A DNA stretch of 64,000 nucleotides from positions 1 to 64,000 of the forward strand of contig CAXRHT010000002.1 in assembly GCA_964230645.1 (NCBI GenBank), written 5' to 3'. The position numbers and the translations under genes were made by a program. A model generated the notes under the pieces. It made no database searches. It was given only the letters and a program-made list of their open reading frames with translations, and was not told the origin of the DNA. This DNA comes from Bdellovibrionales bacterium. GTDB lineage: Bacteria; Bdellovibrionota; Bdellovibrionia; Bdellovibrionales; JAGQZY01. Below, in pieces: positions 17,819 to 28,209 of this stretch (the first letter of the stretch is position 1; the number at the start of each line of letters is the position of its first letter).

Positions 17819-18907
17819 ATGAAATATTTTTTTGTACTGGCGCTTTTACTTTCATTTCACACTGTTACTGCGCAAGAACTTTTGGTGCATGGCCCCAGTG
17901 ACGCTCAATTGAAGCGAATGGCTGAACACAATGCCAAATTGTCTGTAGAAAATAATTATTTGGGACCTGTTGGGTACCGCTCGGCAGATGTTAAGCCTTT
18001 TGTCGAATGGGACACTACTGGTTATATCTTTATGAGTGATGGTGATTTTTATGGGATGGCTAAAAACATGAAAAATGTCATCGCAGAAAACCTCCCCGAT
18101 GAGGTTGTTCTGGTGGTTTATACTCAAAGTAAAAACAAGTCTTACCAAAAAGAACTGCTGCAATACTATTCTCAGTTCCGCTCAAAAGATAAAATAATGA
18201 TTTTAGAAGTGCCCTCAAGTGGAACTAGTGATTTTTGGACAAGAGACAATACCCCAGTTCCGATCTGGAAAGACGGAGTTTTTGCTTCGGTTGATGCCCA
18301 ATACTATTACAATTTTGAACCAGATCAGTTTTTAAATAGTATTTTCGGTGGCGAAATGGCTGTGCACGATTACTTCTTTGAGGGGGGAAATTTTATTGCC
18401 AACTCTAAAGGTGATTGCCTTGTTGTTAACCGGAATAGGTCTTATCCAGGTGGTGTTTCTGATACCGGGTCGATTCCTGATGCTTTATTTGAGATTGAGT
18501 ATGGTTGTAAGACTTTGACTCGATTCAAGCATTTAAAGGGCATTGGTCATTCCGATGAGGTAGTGAAATTTATTAGGGATGATATTGTTCTTACAGATAC
18601 AGAGGAATACGTTGAAACTTTAGAGCAAGCCGGGTTTAAGGTGATTTTACTTCCAGAGCCGGACAGAAACTATGAGACCTACATTAATTCTTTGATTGTG
18701 AATGACACAATTTTTGTTCCCATATTTGGAGAATCCAACGATAAAAAAGCACTACAAATATATAAAGACTTGGAACTTGGATATAAAATTGTTCCGATCA
18801 AGTCTAGACAGCTTTCAACCAGGGGTCAGGGTTCCATACATTGCATAACTATGAACTACCCTCCGATAGATCTTCAAGAGGTTACTAGAGCCCTTCGAGC
18901 AAACTAA
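17819..18907 (+). CDS. Secreted agmatine deiminase / peptidylarginine deiminase family protein
   Basis: Signal peptide; WTRDN, EGGN, GHSDE, YINSL, GSIHCIT catalytic motifs. Confidence 0.88.
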   Translation: MKYFFVLALLLSFHTVTAQELLVHGPSDAQLKRMAEHNAKLSVENNYLGPVGYRSADVKPFVEWDTTGYIFMSDGDFYGMAKNMKNVIAENLPDEVVLVVYTQSKNKSYQKELLQYYSQFRSKDKIMILEVPSSGTSDFWTRDNTPVPIWKDGVFASVDAQYYYNFEPDQFLNSIFGGEMAVHDYFFEGGNFIANSKGDCLVVNRNRSYPGGVSDTGSIPDALFEIEYGCKTLTRFKHLKGIGHSDEVVKFIRDDIVLTDTEEYVETLEQAGFKVILLPEPDRNYETYINSLIVNDTIFVPIFGESNDKKALQIYKDLELGYKIVPIKSRQLSTRGQGSIHCITMNYPPIDLQEVTRALRAN

Positions 18908-19100
18908 GAAAAGCTGTCAATCGTTAGTCGTCTCAATTCGAGACATCCGTTTATATTACTGACAGATGCTTACCAATTTCTGACAAGTTTAGCAGTGCTT
19001 GGTAAGCGTAGTATTTAGATCTCTAAGATAGCTTTGTATTTGATTTGATTAGGTACATCCATTGCATTTTATAGTCATTATACAAATTGGGAGGTATTTG

Positions 19101-19727
19101 ATGACTAAATGGATGGTCGGTTTATTCGCACTATTTTTCTCCGTCTATGGAGAAGCTAGATTAAATCCAGGTGTAAGCGCTCTTTCTGTTTCACAGATGA
19201 GAGGTGTTCAAATTAATACCCACGATGCTACGAATTGTTTTCCACCTCGTTTAGTTGAAGCTATTGATGAACTGAGAACCCGATTTGGAAGAGTAAGTAT
19301 CAGGTCTGCTAACCGAAGTGTGAGACATAATCGGCAAGTAGGTGGAGCAAGAGGCTCACAGCACGTTGGTTGTAATGCAATCGATTTTGAGGTGCCGGGA
19401 GTGCCTAGAGCTGAAATCAGACAATTTCTTATTGCAAACTTTATGGGTCGTGGAGGGGTAGCATTCTATTGTGCAAGTGAAGGAAAGTATTTCCATTTGG
19501 ATATGGGTAGACCTCGGCAATGGGGAAGGTGTCAGCCGAGCACACGCGAAATATCACAGGCTAGACAGAGGTATAGTAGGTATTTGGCCCAAAGAAACAG
19601 ACAAAGGCAGAATCAGTCTGTGCGCAGTGCAAACTACACGCCAGCTAATAGACGCAGGAATCCAAGTCACGGAGGGTTACACCGCCACCAAGGGGACAGT
19701 AGGATATTTCACGGAGTTTCACTCTAA
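19101..19727 (+). CDS. Exported peptidase M15A (YcbK-like) with Arg-rich tail
   Basis: SANRSVRHNRQVGGARGSQH...AID...FHLD; SD GGGAGG before ATG 19101. Confidence 0.85.
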   Translation: MTKWMVGLFALFFSVYGEARLNPGVSALSVSQMRGVQINTHDATNCFPPRLVEAIDELRTRFGRVSIRSANRSVRHNRQVGGARGSQHVGCNAIDFEVPGVPRAEIRQFLIANFMGRGGVAFYCASEGKYFHLDMGRPRQWGRCQPSTREISQARQRYSRYLAQRNRQRQNQSVRSANYTPANRRRNPSHGGLHRHQGDSRIFHGVSL

Positions 19728-20176
19728 AACGGTAGGGCAGAAATCAAAGAGTCTTTTTTGTGCAAAAAAGAACGTCAAAGTGACGAGACTCGAGAAAATC
19801 TTCTAGGGAATCTGGTATATAAGAAGAAAGTCCATGCCCGTTAGGGTCTCGATCTCATTAACTGTTATTGAAAAATTGTCTTGGGGGATATCCAGACTCC
19901 TTTATTAAATCAAACTGAAGAGTTAATTCGGCGTCCGAAATATCTTAACAAAATACTGACATAAGTTATGTGATTGGACTCAAGTCTTAAGTTCTTTCAA
20001 CAATACTTCAGAGAATAATGGCACCATTTCATATGGAGGTGGTGAGTTTTTCATCGCCTGGCCTAAGTACTAAACTATGACTCATAGTTCGACACTTTTA
20101 CTCTCAGCGCTTCCAATTGCATATTTTTTAATATTAAATTATTGAAATCGGATAGATTTGGGCTTAGATTGTAAGG

Positions 20177-20560
20177 ATGGCGTCGCTGTTGAGATTTACA
20201 TTTATATTTTATATAGTTTTCGCGGCATCATATGATAGCGCTCTTGCTCACGAGCTTGAAGAAGGTATCCACGTAATTACTCATTATCATTTTAATTCAG
20301 ATGAATCTGAAAGTGCTGCTTTAAAGAAAAATCTAAGTAATCTTGAAAAAAACGGGGTTGATCACTCATCAAGTAATGGATGTCCCGATTCCGAAAATGG
20401 ACATGACTCTCATGAGTGTCATATGGGACATTGTGGTTTATTACCCCAAGTCCTTTCTTTTTCTAAAGAGCGACCAATAAAAACAGCTTTTACAGCACTT
20501 ATACAAACTTTTAAATCCAGATCCTTAGAAGGTCTCTTCAGGCCACCCCGTCATTCTTAG
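20177..20560 (+). CDS. CzcI/DUF2946-like His/Cys metal-binding leader protein
   Basis: Signal peptide, HDSHECHMGHC, terminal LFRPPR; precedes czcCBA. Confidence 0.7.
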   Translation: MASLLRFTFIFYIVFAASYDSALAHELEEGIHVITHYHFNSDESESAALKKNLSNLEKNGVDHSSSNGCPDSENGHDSHECHMGHCGLLPQVLSFSKERPIKTAFTALIQTFKSRSLEGLFRPPRHS

Positions 20561-20609
20561 ATTCAATTTATTCTAATAAAAAATTAAATCTAATTTGACG
20601 AGGTGAAAA

Positions 20610-21854
20610 ATGATGAGGCTAATTCTTATCTTTTACTGTATTGTATTTTTCGGATTTTCCTTGAATGCAAACGCAGCGGATTGTCAGAGTTCATCTGACG
20701 TAAATCAACTTTTAAATTGTTTGCTTAGAGAACATCCTCAAGTTGATGTCGCAAACCTTGATGTTCGTGTTGCAAAGGAAAACATTAAACAGGCTTCCCA
20801 AAGGCCAAACCCTGTTCTTACGTGGGAAGGTCAAGAGGCTCAGGGAAACGGCGGCTTTTCTAACGAGGTTAATGCCCTTCATACTATTGAGCTTGGGGGT
20901 AAGCAACCGGCTAGGGTTGATTTTGCTAAGTCAGAGTTATCTCTTCAGCAGATTGGCGTTGAAGCAACATTCAATCAAATAAAAATTAATCTAATAGCTC
21001 AATTATATCGGCTCCGACAGATATTCCATGAGATTGAGGTGATTCAAGAAAATCGCCATACATTCGAGCGAATGATTTCTCAATACAAACGCATTGGAAG
21101 GATGAATCCTGAACAAGAAATCTCAGTCAATGTGTTTCGTATGGCCTCTGAAGAAGTCAAATTGACGTTAGGGCAATTAGAGAACGAAAGAGATCAAATT
21201 CTAGCCGACTTTAAAGTTATTACTGGAGTGAATTTCACTCCGAATAAGGACCAGCTGCCAAAGCTTATTCATGATTGGCCCGCACTTGGTAATGGAGAAT
21301 TTAAAGGTCCAATTGTCAAGCAAGCGAGTGCAGAGGTATTAAAAGCGGAAAGGCAGTATGATCTAGAGAAATCAAAATCATGGCCTAACCTATCAGTTGG
21401 GCCGCGAGTAGTACAAATAACAGGTCCTCGGGGAGGCACTTTCCTAGGGGCTGCTGTAAATCTACCACTTCCGATTCTAAACATAAACGGAGGAGGTAGG
21501 GCTTCAGCACTTGCTAACAAGAGAAGACAAGAATATCGAAGTGACTTCATTAATCGCAGGGTAAAAGCTGAAGCTGAAAGGTTAATTAAAGCTTATAAGA
21601 GATCTTCTGAGGCCTATCGTTCTGCAAGAAAATCCAGCAATTTTCACGGCAAACATACTGAATTACACAAAATGATAAATAGAGGGGTGGTTACCCCCTC
21701 AATGGTCATAGAGCTTCATCGTCAGATAATTGCATTTTACCAATCTCTTCATTCTCAAGAATTGGCCGCTGTTAGAGCGAAATGGCAGTACTATTCCCTT
21801 CTTGGAAGTCTTGCCAATAAAAATATTGAAAACTTCGGAGTCAAAAATGAATAG
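20610..21854 (+). CDS. czcC: CzcC/TolC-family outer-membrane protein
   Basis: RPNPVL, IELGGK...R, WPNLSVG, LPLPILN. Confidence 0.85.
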   Translation: MMRLILIFYCIVFFGFSLNANAADCQSSSDVNQLLNCLLREHPQVDVANLDVRVAKENIKQASQRPNPVLTWEGQEAQGNGGFSNEVNALHTIELGGKQPARVDFAKSELSLQQIGVEATFNQIKINLIAQLYRLRQIFHEIEVIQENRHTFERMISQYKRIGRMNPEQEISVNVFRMASEEVKLTLGQLENERDQILADFKVITGVNFTPNKDQLPKLIHDWPALGNGEFKGPIVKQASAEVLKAERQYDLEKSKSWPNLSVGPRVVQITGPRGGTFLGAAVNLPLPILNINGGGRASALANKRRQEYRSDFINRRVKAEAERLIKAYKRSSEAYRSARKSSNFHGKHTELHKMINRGVVTPSMVIELHRQIIAFYQSLHSQELAAVRAKWQYYSLLGSLANKNIENFGVKNE

Positions 21855-22443
21855 AGTTCATCGAATACTTATCATTTTATTGTGTTTATGTAGTTGGAAT
21901 ATTTCAGCAGCATCAGGTGACCATGATCATGAGGATAGCAGTAGGGTGGTTCAAGATAACGAGAGTGAAAAGAGAGAAGATCCAGATGATCACGATGAAC
22001 ATAGTCAGAACAAAACTCACGCCAGTCATAAAGAGAAGGAAGAAAACCACGGGGAAGGCGAGCGTGAACATGAGAAAAACCAAAGTAAAACTATTTTAGA
22101 AGTCGAAAAGGAAGGTAAAAGATTTAAACTTTCGCCAAAGGCTATCGCTACTTTAGGGTTGCAATACTCTCCTTGTGCTGACTTAAATAATGGCAATCTA
22201 AAAGTGCCAAAATCTTCCCTAGTTATATACGGCGAAAACTCCGGTTTGTTTTTACATGACTCTGATTGGTTTGAGCTAATCGAGGTTGAACTCATATCTC
22301 GCAATGACCAGGAATATAATGTGCGGTTTAAAGAACCCATTAAAACGAGTGCTTCCTGCCAGGTAGTTGTCTCCGGAGTGCCACTTCTACGAGTAGCCCA
22401 GTTAGAGGCCTCTGGAGAAGGTGGAGAAGGTCATGCACATTAA
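21847..22443 (+). CDS. His/acidic-rich truncated CzcB-like adaptor
   Basis: Signal peptide, His-rich linker, VPKSSLV...VVVSG..LL, terminal GHAH; lies between czcC and czcA. Confidence 0.7.
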   Translation: MNRVHRILIILLCLCSWNISAASGDHDHEDSSRVVQDNESEKREDPDDHDEHSQNKTHASHKEKEENHGEGEREHEKNQSKTILEVEKEGKRFKLSPKAIATLGLQYSPCADLNNGNLKVPKSSLVIYGENSGLFLHDSDWFELIEVELISRNDQEYNVRFKEPIKTSASCQVVVSGVPLLRVAQLEASGEGGEGHAH

Positions 22444-22465
22444 ACAATTTTTAAGAAGGTAAACA

Positions 22466-25400
22466 ATGATAGATATTTTGATTAAAAAGTCTGTAGAAAA
22501 TAGAGGGCTAGTGTTTGTCCTCACGGTACTTATGATAATTGGTGGTTGGTATTCATACGAAAGTCTACCGATTGATGCTGTGCCAGATATTACAAACGTT
22601 CAAGTACAAGTTAATACTTCTGTCGAAGGGCTGGTTCCTGCTGAGATAGAAAAATTTGTAACTTATCCAATCGAAAGCGAAATGGGGGGAATTCCTGAGA
22701 TTGAAGAAATACGATCCATCAGTCGATTTGGACTTTCTCAGGTTACTATAATTTTTAAAGAGGGAGCTGACATCTATAGGGCGCGGCAGATGGTGGCTGA
22801 AAAACTTCAAAGCCTTAAAGACTCATTGCCAGCGAATATTCAGCCTACTATGGGGCCAATAACAACTGGGTTAGGTGAAATTTATTTTTATTCATTAGAA
22901 GCAAAGAAAATAGCGACTGGCGACGAGCGAATAAAACAACTTATGGAAATTCGCGCTCTTAATGAGTGGACAATCCAGCCCAGATTATTGCTGGTAGATG
23001 GAGTTGCTGAAGTTAATAGTATAGGTGGATATGAGAAACAATTCTTTGTTCAGCCTAGAATGGACGACCTTTCTAAGTACGGTGTTCACCTAGAGGAGCT
23101 ATTTAATGCTATTAAAAATAATAACAGAAATACTGGCGGTGGATATATTCAGCAGACATCAGAACAGCTGCTAATTCAAGCTGATGGTCTTGTAAGATCC
23201 ATAAAAGATATCGAAAACATACCACTTAAAAAATTACCGAGCTTTAAATCAATTTCCGTAAAAGACGTAGCAGATGTTAGATTGGATCGGCAAATTCGAA
23301 CGGGTGCCGCTCTTGTGAATGGAAAAGAAGTCGTTATGGGAACGGTGCTAATGCTTTTGGGGGAGAATAGTCGCACAGTTGCACTTACTGTTGATGAGCG
23401 AGTTCAAGAAATCAGGAAGACGCTTCCTGATTGGGTGGAAATGAAAACACTTTATGATCGCTCAGAATTAGTTAATTCGACACTTTCTACTGTCCAACAT
23501 AATATTTTATTTGGAGCAATTCTTGTTGCATTATTTCTACTTATCCTAATAGGAGATCTTAGAGTTACTGTTATTACTGTCATTACTATTCCTTTATCAC
23601 TTTTAGCTACGTTTATTTGGATGAGAGTTTTTAATGTATCTGGAAATTTGATGAGTCTCGGTGCTCTTGACTTCGGAATTATCATAGATGGTGCCGTAAT
23701 CGTGATGGATAACTGTGTAAGAGTCGTAAATGAAAAGGCTAAAAAAGCGGGTCGACGTCTTAGTCGTGAAGAAATTAAAAATGCCGTCATTTTTGCCACG
23801 CGGGAGATTCGATCTGCAGCAGGTTTTGGTCAACTTATCATTGTGGTTGTGTTTCTCCCACTTTTTGCATTAACTGGGGTGGAGGCAAAAATGTTTACTC
23901 CAATGGCGGCAACGTTTTGTTTTGCATTAGGTTCTGCTTTTATAATTTCCTTCTCAGTTATCCCCGCAATCGCAGGAGCCACTCTATCTGGTAAGTTAAA
24001 GACCAAAGAACCTGTATTTATGAGGGCTTTGGGTAGCCTTTATTTTCCAATTATCACAATGGCATTAAGGTTTAAGCGATCTGTGGTTGTTTTAGGGTTG
24101 ATTAGTATTGCATTAGGGATTTATGGATTTTCAAGATTGGGTGCCGACTTTCTTCCTCAGCTTGATGAGGGTTCAATCGCCATTCAATTTGTACGACCTA
24201 CAAATATTTCTATTGATCAATCTGTTGAGCTACAAAAAATATCGGAAAACTTAATCCTAGAGTTTGAAGAGGTGGATAAAGTAATTTCACGAATTGGAGT
24301 CTCCGAAATAGCCACTGATCCAATGGGAGTTAATATTTCTGATACCTACGTGTTGTTGAAAGCAAAGGAAAAATGGCCTGAAGTATCCGGTGCTAAAAGA
24401 GATAAAGATCAGCTAATTGCAGCAATAAAGTTAAAGCTCGAAGAGTCTTTGCCTGGCCAATCCCTTATATTTTCGCAACCGGTACAGCTACGATTTAATG
24501 AATTACTTGAGGGAGTTCGTGCCGATGTCTCCTTCAAAGTATTCGGTGAGGATATGGAGGTTATTAGTCAAATAGCCAAAGAAGCCGCCCAGATAATTGG
24601 AAAAATCGATGGCGCCGGGGATTCTGAAGAAGAGGTGAAAGGTAAATCCCCAGTATTAAGAATTACACCGAATATCGAAAAATTGAGTAGTTTAGGAATT
24701 GCAAAAGAGAATATTCTTTCAACCGTAGAAACTGCTATAGGAGGAACGGGAGCTGGTTTTCTCTATGAGGGGGTCATGCGTTTTCCAATTGTCGTTAGGT
24801 TGAGTGAATCAGATCGGTCAGATATTAGCTCTATTAAAAAAATGCCCGTAGGAGTTTCCCAAAACCTTACTGTGCCAATGAAAGAAGTGGCTGATGTCAG
24901 AATTGCTGAAACTTTTAGTGATATCCGAAGAGAGTCGGCAAAGAAAAGGGCCGCAGTTCTAATCAACGTGCGTGGAAGAGACACTCAGAGCTTTGTCAGC
25001 GAGGCAAAAGCAACTATCGAAAAAGAGTTAAAGATCCCTCCTGGAAATTATGTGGAATGGGGTGGTAGCTTTAAAAACCTTGAGAAAGCCAAGAAAAGAT
25101 TATCCATACTCGTTCCTTTAGCGTTGGCATTGGTGTTGATGATGATTTATATGGCCTTTGGGAGTCTTTTACAGACGATTATGGTAGCAAGTTGTATTCC
25201 CATGGCACTTGTGGGGGGAGTGATCGGATTGATGGTGAACGGTCTAGAGTTTAGTATATCTGCTGCTGTTGGATTTATAGCTCTGTCTGGGATAGCCGTA
25301 TTGAATGGTGTCGTTTTAGTGAGCTATTTTAATCAGCTTAAGACAGAAGGAAAGTCTGGGGACGAACTTATTCTCAAGGGAACTTCATTGCGCCTTCGAC

Positions 25401-25609
25401 CAGTGATGATGACTGCCTTGACGGATATATTTGGATTTATTCCAATGATGCTAGCAACAGGCGCTGGCGCTGAAGTTCAAAGACCACTTGCCTCTGTAGT
25501 GGTAGGGGGGATTGTTTCAGCCACTCTACTTACCCTGGTCGTACTTCCTGTTGCATATAGATTGCTAGAAAATAGAATTCAGGTAAAACCTTCTGGAATC
25601 GTACATTAA
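22466..25609 (+). CDS. czcA: CzcA-type HME-RND efflux pump
   Basis: LPIDAVPDITNVQVQ, GPITTGLGEI, MSLGALDFGIIIDGAV, RLRPVMMTAL. Confidence 0.93.
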   Translation: MIDILIKKSVENRGLVFVLTVLMIIGGWYSYESLPIDAVPDITNVQVQVNTSVEGLVPAEIEKFVTYPIESEMGGIPEIEEIRSISRFGLSQVTIIFKEGADIYRARQMVAEKLQSLKDSLPANIQPTMGPITTGLGEIYFYSLEAKKIATGDERIKQLMEIRALNEWTIQPRLLLVDGVAEVNSIGGYEKQFFVQPRMDDLSKYGVHLEELFNAIKNNNRNTGGGYIQQTSEQLLIQADGLVRSIKDIENIPLKKLPSFKSISVKDVADVRLDRQIRTGAALVNGKEVVMGTVLMLLGENSRTVALTVDERVQEIRKTLPDWVEMKTLYDRSELVNSTLSTVQHNILFGAILVALFLLILIGDLRVTVITVITIPLSLLATFIWMRVFNVSGNLMSLGALDFGIIIDGAVIVMDNCVRVVNEKAKKAGRRLSREEIKNAVIFATREIRSAAGFGQLIIVVVFLPLFALTGVEAKMFTPMAATFCFALGSAFIISFSVIPAIAGATLSGKLKTKEPVFMRALGSLYFPIITMALRFKRSVVVLGLISIALGIYGFSRLGADFLPQLDEGSIAIQFVRPTNISIDQSVELQKISENLILEFEEVDKVISRIGVSEIATDPMGVNISDTYVLLKAKEKWPEVSGAKRDKDQLIAAIKLKLEESLPGQSLIFSQPVQLRFNELLEGVRADVSFKVFGEDMEVISQIAKEAAQIIGKIDGAGDSEEEVKGKSPVLRITPNIEKLSSLGIAKENILSTVETAIGGTGAGFLYEGVMRFPIVVRLSESDRSDISSIKKMPVGVSQNLTVPMKEVADVRIAETFSDIRRESAKKRAAVLINVRGRDTQSFVSEAKATIEKELKIPPGNYVEWGGSFKNLEKAKKRLSILVPLALALVLMMIYMAFGSLLQTIMVASCIPMALVGGVIGLMVNGLEFSISAAVGFIALSGIAVLNGVVLVSYFNQLKTEGKSGDELILKGTSLRLRPVMMTALTDIFGFIPMMLATGAGAEVQRPLASVVVGGIVSATLLTLVVLPVAYRLLENRIQVKPSGIVH

Positions 25610-25624
25610 TTGAGGAGTGAGAAA

Positions 25625-26509
25625 ATGGACCATGATCATTCTCAGATCACCAATAAAAAAGCTCTATTTTGGGCTATTATAATTAATATTATTTTGACGA
25701 TAGCTCAGGTTATCGGAGGACTTCTTTCCGGTAGTTTATCTTTACTTGCTGATGCTCTTCATAATTTTAGCGATGCAGGAGCATTAATAGTAGCGTATAT
25801 CGCTGAAAAAATATCTGGATTACCCTCCAACGATGAAATGACCTTTGGGTATGGGCGTGCCCAAATATTGGGTGCTCTGATTAATAGTGTTACTTTAGTT
25901 ATTGTTGGTATCTACCTTTTATTTGAGGCCTATGAACGCTTTCAAGATCCCCAGGAAATAGATGGTTGGATGGTGATTTGGATAGCTGTCATAGCACTTA
26001 TAATTGATGCCTTAACCGCTTGGTTGACTCATGCAGGGTCCAAAGAAAGCATTAATATGAAGGCTGCTTTTATCCACAACGTATCTGATGCACTAGCTTC
26101 TATCGTGGTGATAATTTCAGGAGTATTAATCCTTCTCTATGATGTCTATTGGATTGATTTAGTAGCTACTATTTTAATCTCAGCCTATATTCTATACCAG
26201 TCTGTGGGATTGATTAAAACCAGTATCAAAACACTTATGCAGGCTGTACCTGAAGATCTCAGTAAATCGGAGATTGTCGATAAGATACGTGAAATCAAAG
26301 GTATTGTTAATGTGCATCATGTTCATATATGGGCTATTTATGAAAAATTTCGTTCGATTGAAGCTCATATTGTAGTGAACGATACAGATTTTGAAAAGAT
26401 TGAGGAAGTAAAGAAAAAGGTAAGAAGCCTCCTTAAGAATGATTTCAATATTGGGCATTCTACTCTTGAAGTTGAGCCGCAAGGTATTGAATGTGATAAC
26501 CAAGGTTAG
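25625..26509 (+). CDS. czcD: CDF-family Co/Zn/Cd efflux transporter
   Basis: SLSLLADALHNFSD, TFGY, AFIHNVSDA, HHVHIW. Confidence 0.9.
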   Translation: MDHDHSQITNKKALFWAIIINIILTIAQVIGGLLSGSLSLLADALHNFSDAGALIVAYIAEKISGLPSNDEMTFGYGRAQILGALINSVTLVIVGIYLLFEAYERFQDPQEIDGWMVIWIAVIALIIDALTAWLTHAGSKESINMKAAFIHNVSDALASIVVIISGVLILLYDVYWIDLVATILISAYILYQSVGLIKTSIKTLMQAVPEDLSKSEIVDKIREIKGIVNVHHVHIWAIYEKFRSIEAHIVVNDTDFEKIEEVKKKVRSLLKNDFNIGHSTLEVEPQGIECDNQG

Positions 26510-26661
26510 AAAAGAAATTAAAATGGATATCGTTGATTGTTTGCTGCAAGGCTCGGATTTTAGTCGATTATCCTTGTAGAAATAAACAAATATATTAAAT
26601 GAAAAAACGAAGTTATTTTAAATTTAAAGTTGTAGCGGTTAGCCGAAAGGAATTTTTTTTT

Positions 26662-27027
26662 ATGTATACAATTTTAGAAAATGATGAAAATTATTTAGGA
26701 ATAAAGCTATCCGAGAAAGTTAACAAATCTGAATACAAGGAGATACTTTCTCTCTTTACCCAAAAGCTTGAGTCTTTTGAGGAAATTGATCTTTTAGTAG
26801 GCTTTTCTGACTGCGAAAAAATATCTTTGGGTGCTCTGTGGGAGGACCTTAAATTCGATTTTAATAATTTCAGAACTATTCGGAGATTTGCAATAGTGGG
26901 GCACGCAAAGGAGCATAAATTTCTCGACCCTATTTCAGAGCCTTTTGTCTCTGACGAGGCTAAACTTTTTCCTAAAGAAGAAATGGGGAAAGCAAGAGAC
27001 TGGGCTCAGTCCAAGACGACTGACTGA
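26662..27027 (+). CDS. SpoIIAA-like (STAS/SEC14) domain protein
   Basis: ALWEDLKF...RFAIVG...F...ARDW; start uncertain (26599 or 26662). Confidence 0.75.
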   Translation: MYTILENDENYLGIKLSEKVNKSEYKEILSLFTQKLESFEEIDLLVGFSDCEKISLGALWEDLKFDFNNFRTIRRFAIVGHAKEHKFLDPISEPFVSDEAKLFPKEEMGKARDWAQSKTTD

Positions 27028-27051
27028 GCGACTCGTCAGAAAGTTAGAGCG

Positions 27052-28050
27052 ATGAATGTTTTATTATGGACAGGTGTATTATTTGCGGCAGCATGGGCAG
27101 CTCATTGGGGTGCTGACCAGTTGCTGACGCCACTTAAAATGTTACGAAAACAGTGGGGGCTGACAGCTTCTGCTGGCGCTGCTTTTCTAGCTATTGTTAC
27201 AGCAAGTCCTGAAGTAGCAATCAATATCACAAGCGCTGCAAGAGGAGTTTCCAATATTGGCTTGGGAAATTTACTAGGTTCCAACATTATATCTATACCC
27301 CTTATGGTTACGATAGCCTACTTTGCTTCGCGAAAACAATTTAAAAACAATAAAGATCATCAAGAGCATTTGGATCAAAATCTATTAGCTTTAAACAAAC
27401 GTTCCGTTTCGGTTCTATCACTGCCATATCTGGGGATAATAGCGCTGGTTGCAATACTAACTCTGCCAAAAGCTTGGCGTGGCCTGCAACCAATTGATGG
27501 CTGGATCATGCTCGGAGCTTATGGCGCTTTTTTAATTCACGCTATTGCTAGAGGTAGAAAAAAAGGAGAAAACGTAAGCTGGACACAGAAAAAAATATGG
27601 TTTTCAATTGCTGGGGCTTTTTCTATTGCGGGCGGTGCGTTCTTTATTGTGAAAGCCACTGAAAATATCGTTGAGTCTTTGGGGATTTCTCAGATTGTAG
27701 GAGGGTTATTCATTACCGGGATAATGACCACTGCGCCTGAAGTATTTAAGACTTGGAGTGTGGTTAAGGGCGGTGAGATAACAGCAGGTACGACTAGCGT
27801 GATTGCAGACAACGCAATAACAATGACAGTGGCGTTTTTCCCTTTGGCTCTAGTAACTACTCCTATTGAGGATTTCCAGTTGTATTGGATCAATCTGGCC
27901 TTTGTTGGATTGATGCCACTACTTTATTCAATTTTCATTCATCAGAATAAAAAGATTCATGGGTTTAGTAAGTGGCAAATATTTGTATTTGATGCTTCTT
28001 ATTTAGCCTATATATTTATCATGGCATTATTCGTTCTCAACCTATTTTAA
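27052..28050 (+). CDS. Sodium/calcium exchanger (CaCA) family antiporter
   Basis: TASPE...GNLLGSNI alpha-1 repeat and TTAPE...DN alpha-2 repeat; multi-TM. Confidence 0.85.
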   Translation: MNVLLWTGVLFAAAWAAHWGADQLLTPLKMLRKQWGLTASAGAAFLAIVTASPEVAINITSAARGVSNIGLGNLLGSNIISIPLMVTIAYFASRKQFKNNKDHQEHLDQNLLALNKRSVSVLSLPYLGIIALVAILTLPKAWRGLQPIDGWIMLGAYGAFLIHAIARGRKKGENVSWTQKKIWFSIAGAFSIAGGAFFIVKATENIVESLGISQIVGGLFITGIMTTAPEVFKTWSVVKGGEITAGTTSVIADNAITMTVAFFPLALVTTPIEDFQLYWINLAFVGLMPLLYSIFIHQNKKIHGFSKWQIFVFDASYLAYIFIMALFVLNLF

Positions 28051-28209
28051 AATATCAACGATTTTAACTTTAAAATCATTTGCACTACTCCAGTATGGAT
28101 TTTTGATTTGGATGAGAGATGAGCTCCAGGAGAGGGGTATTATTTAGCCAGCCGATTTGTTTGAAAATTAAAATGCATAGTGGCATAAGGATACGCAAAG
28201 GGAAAAATA

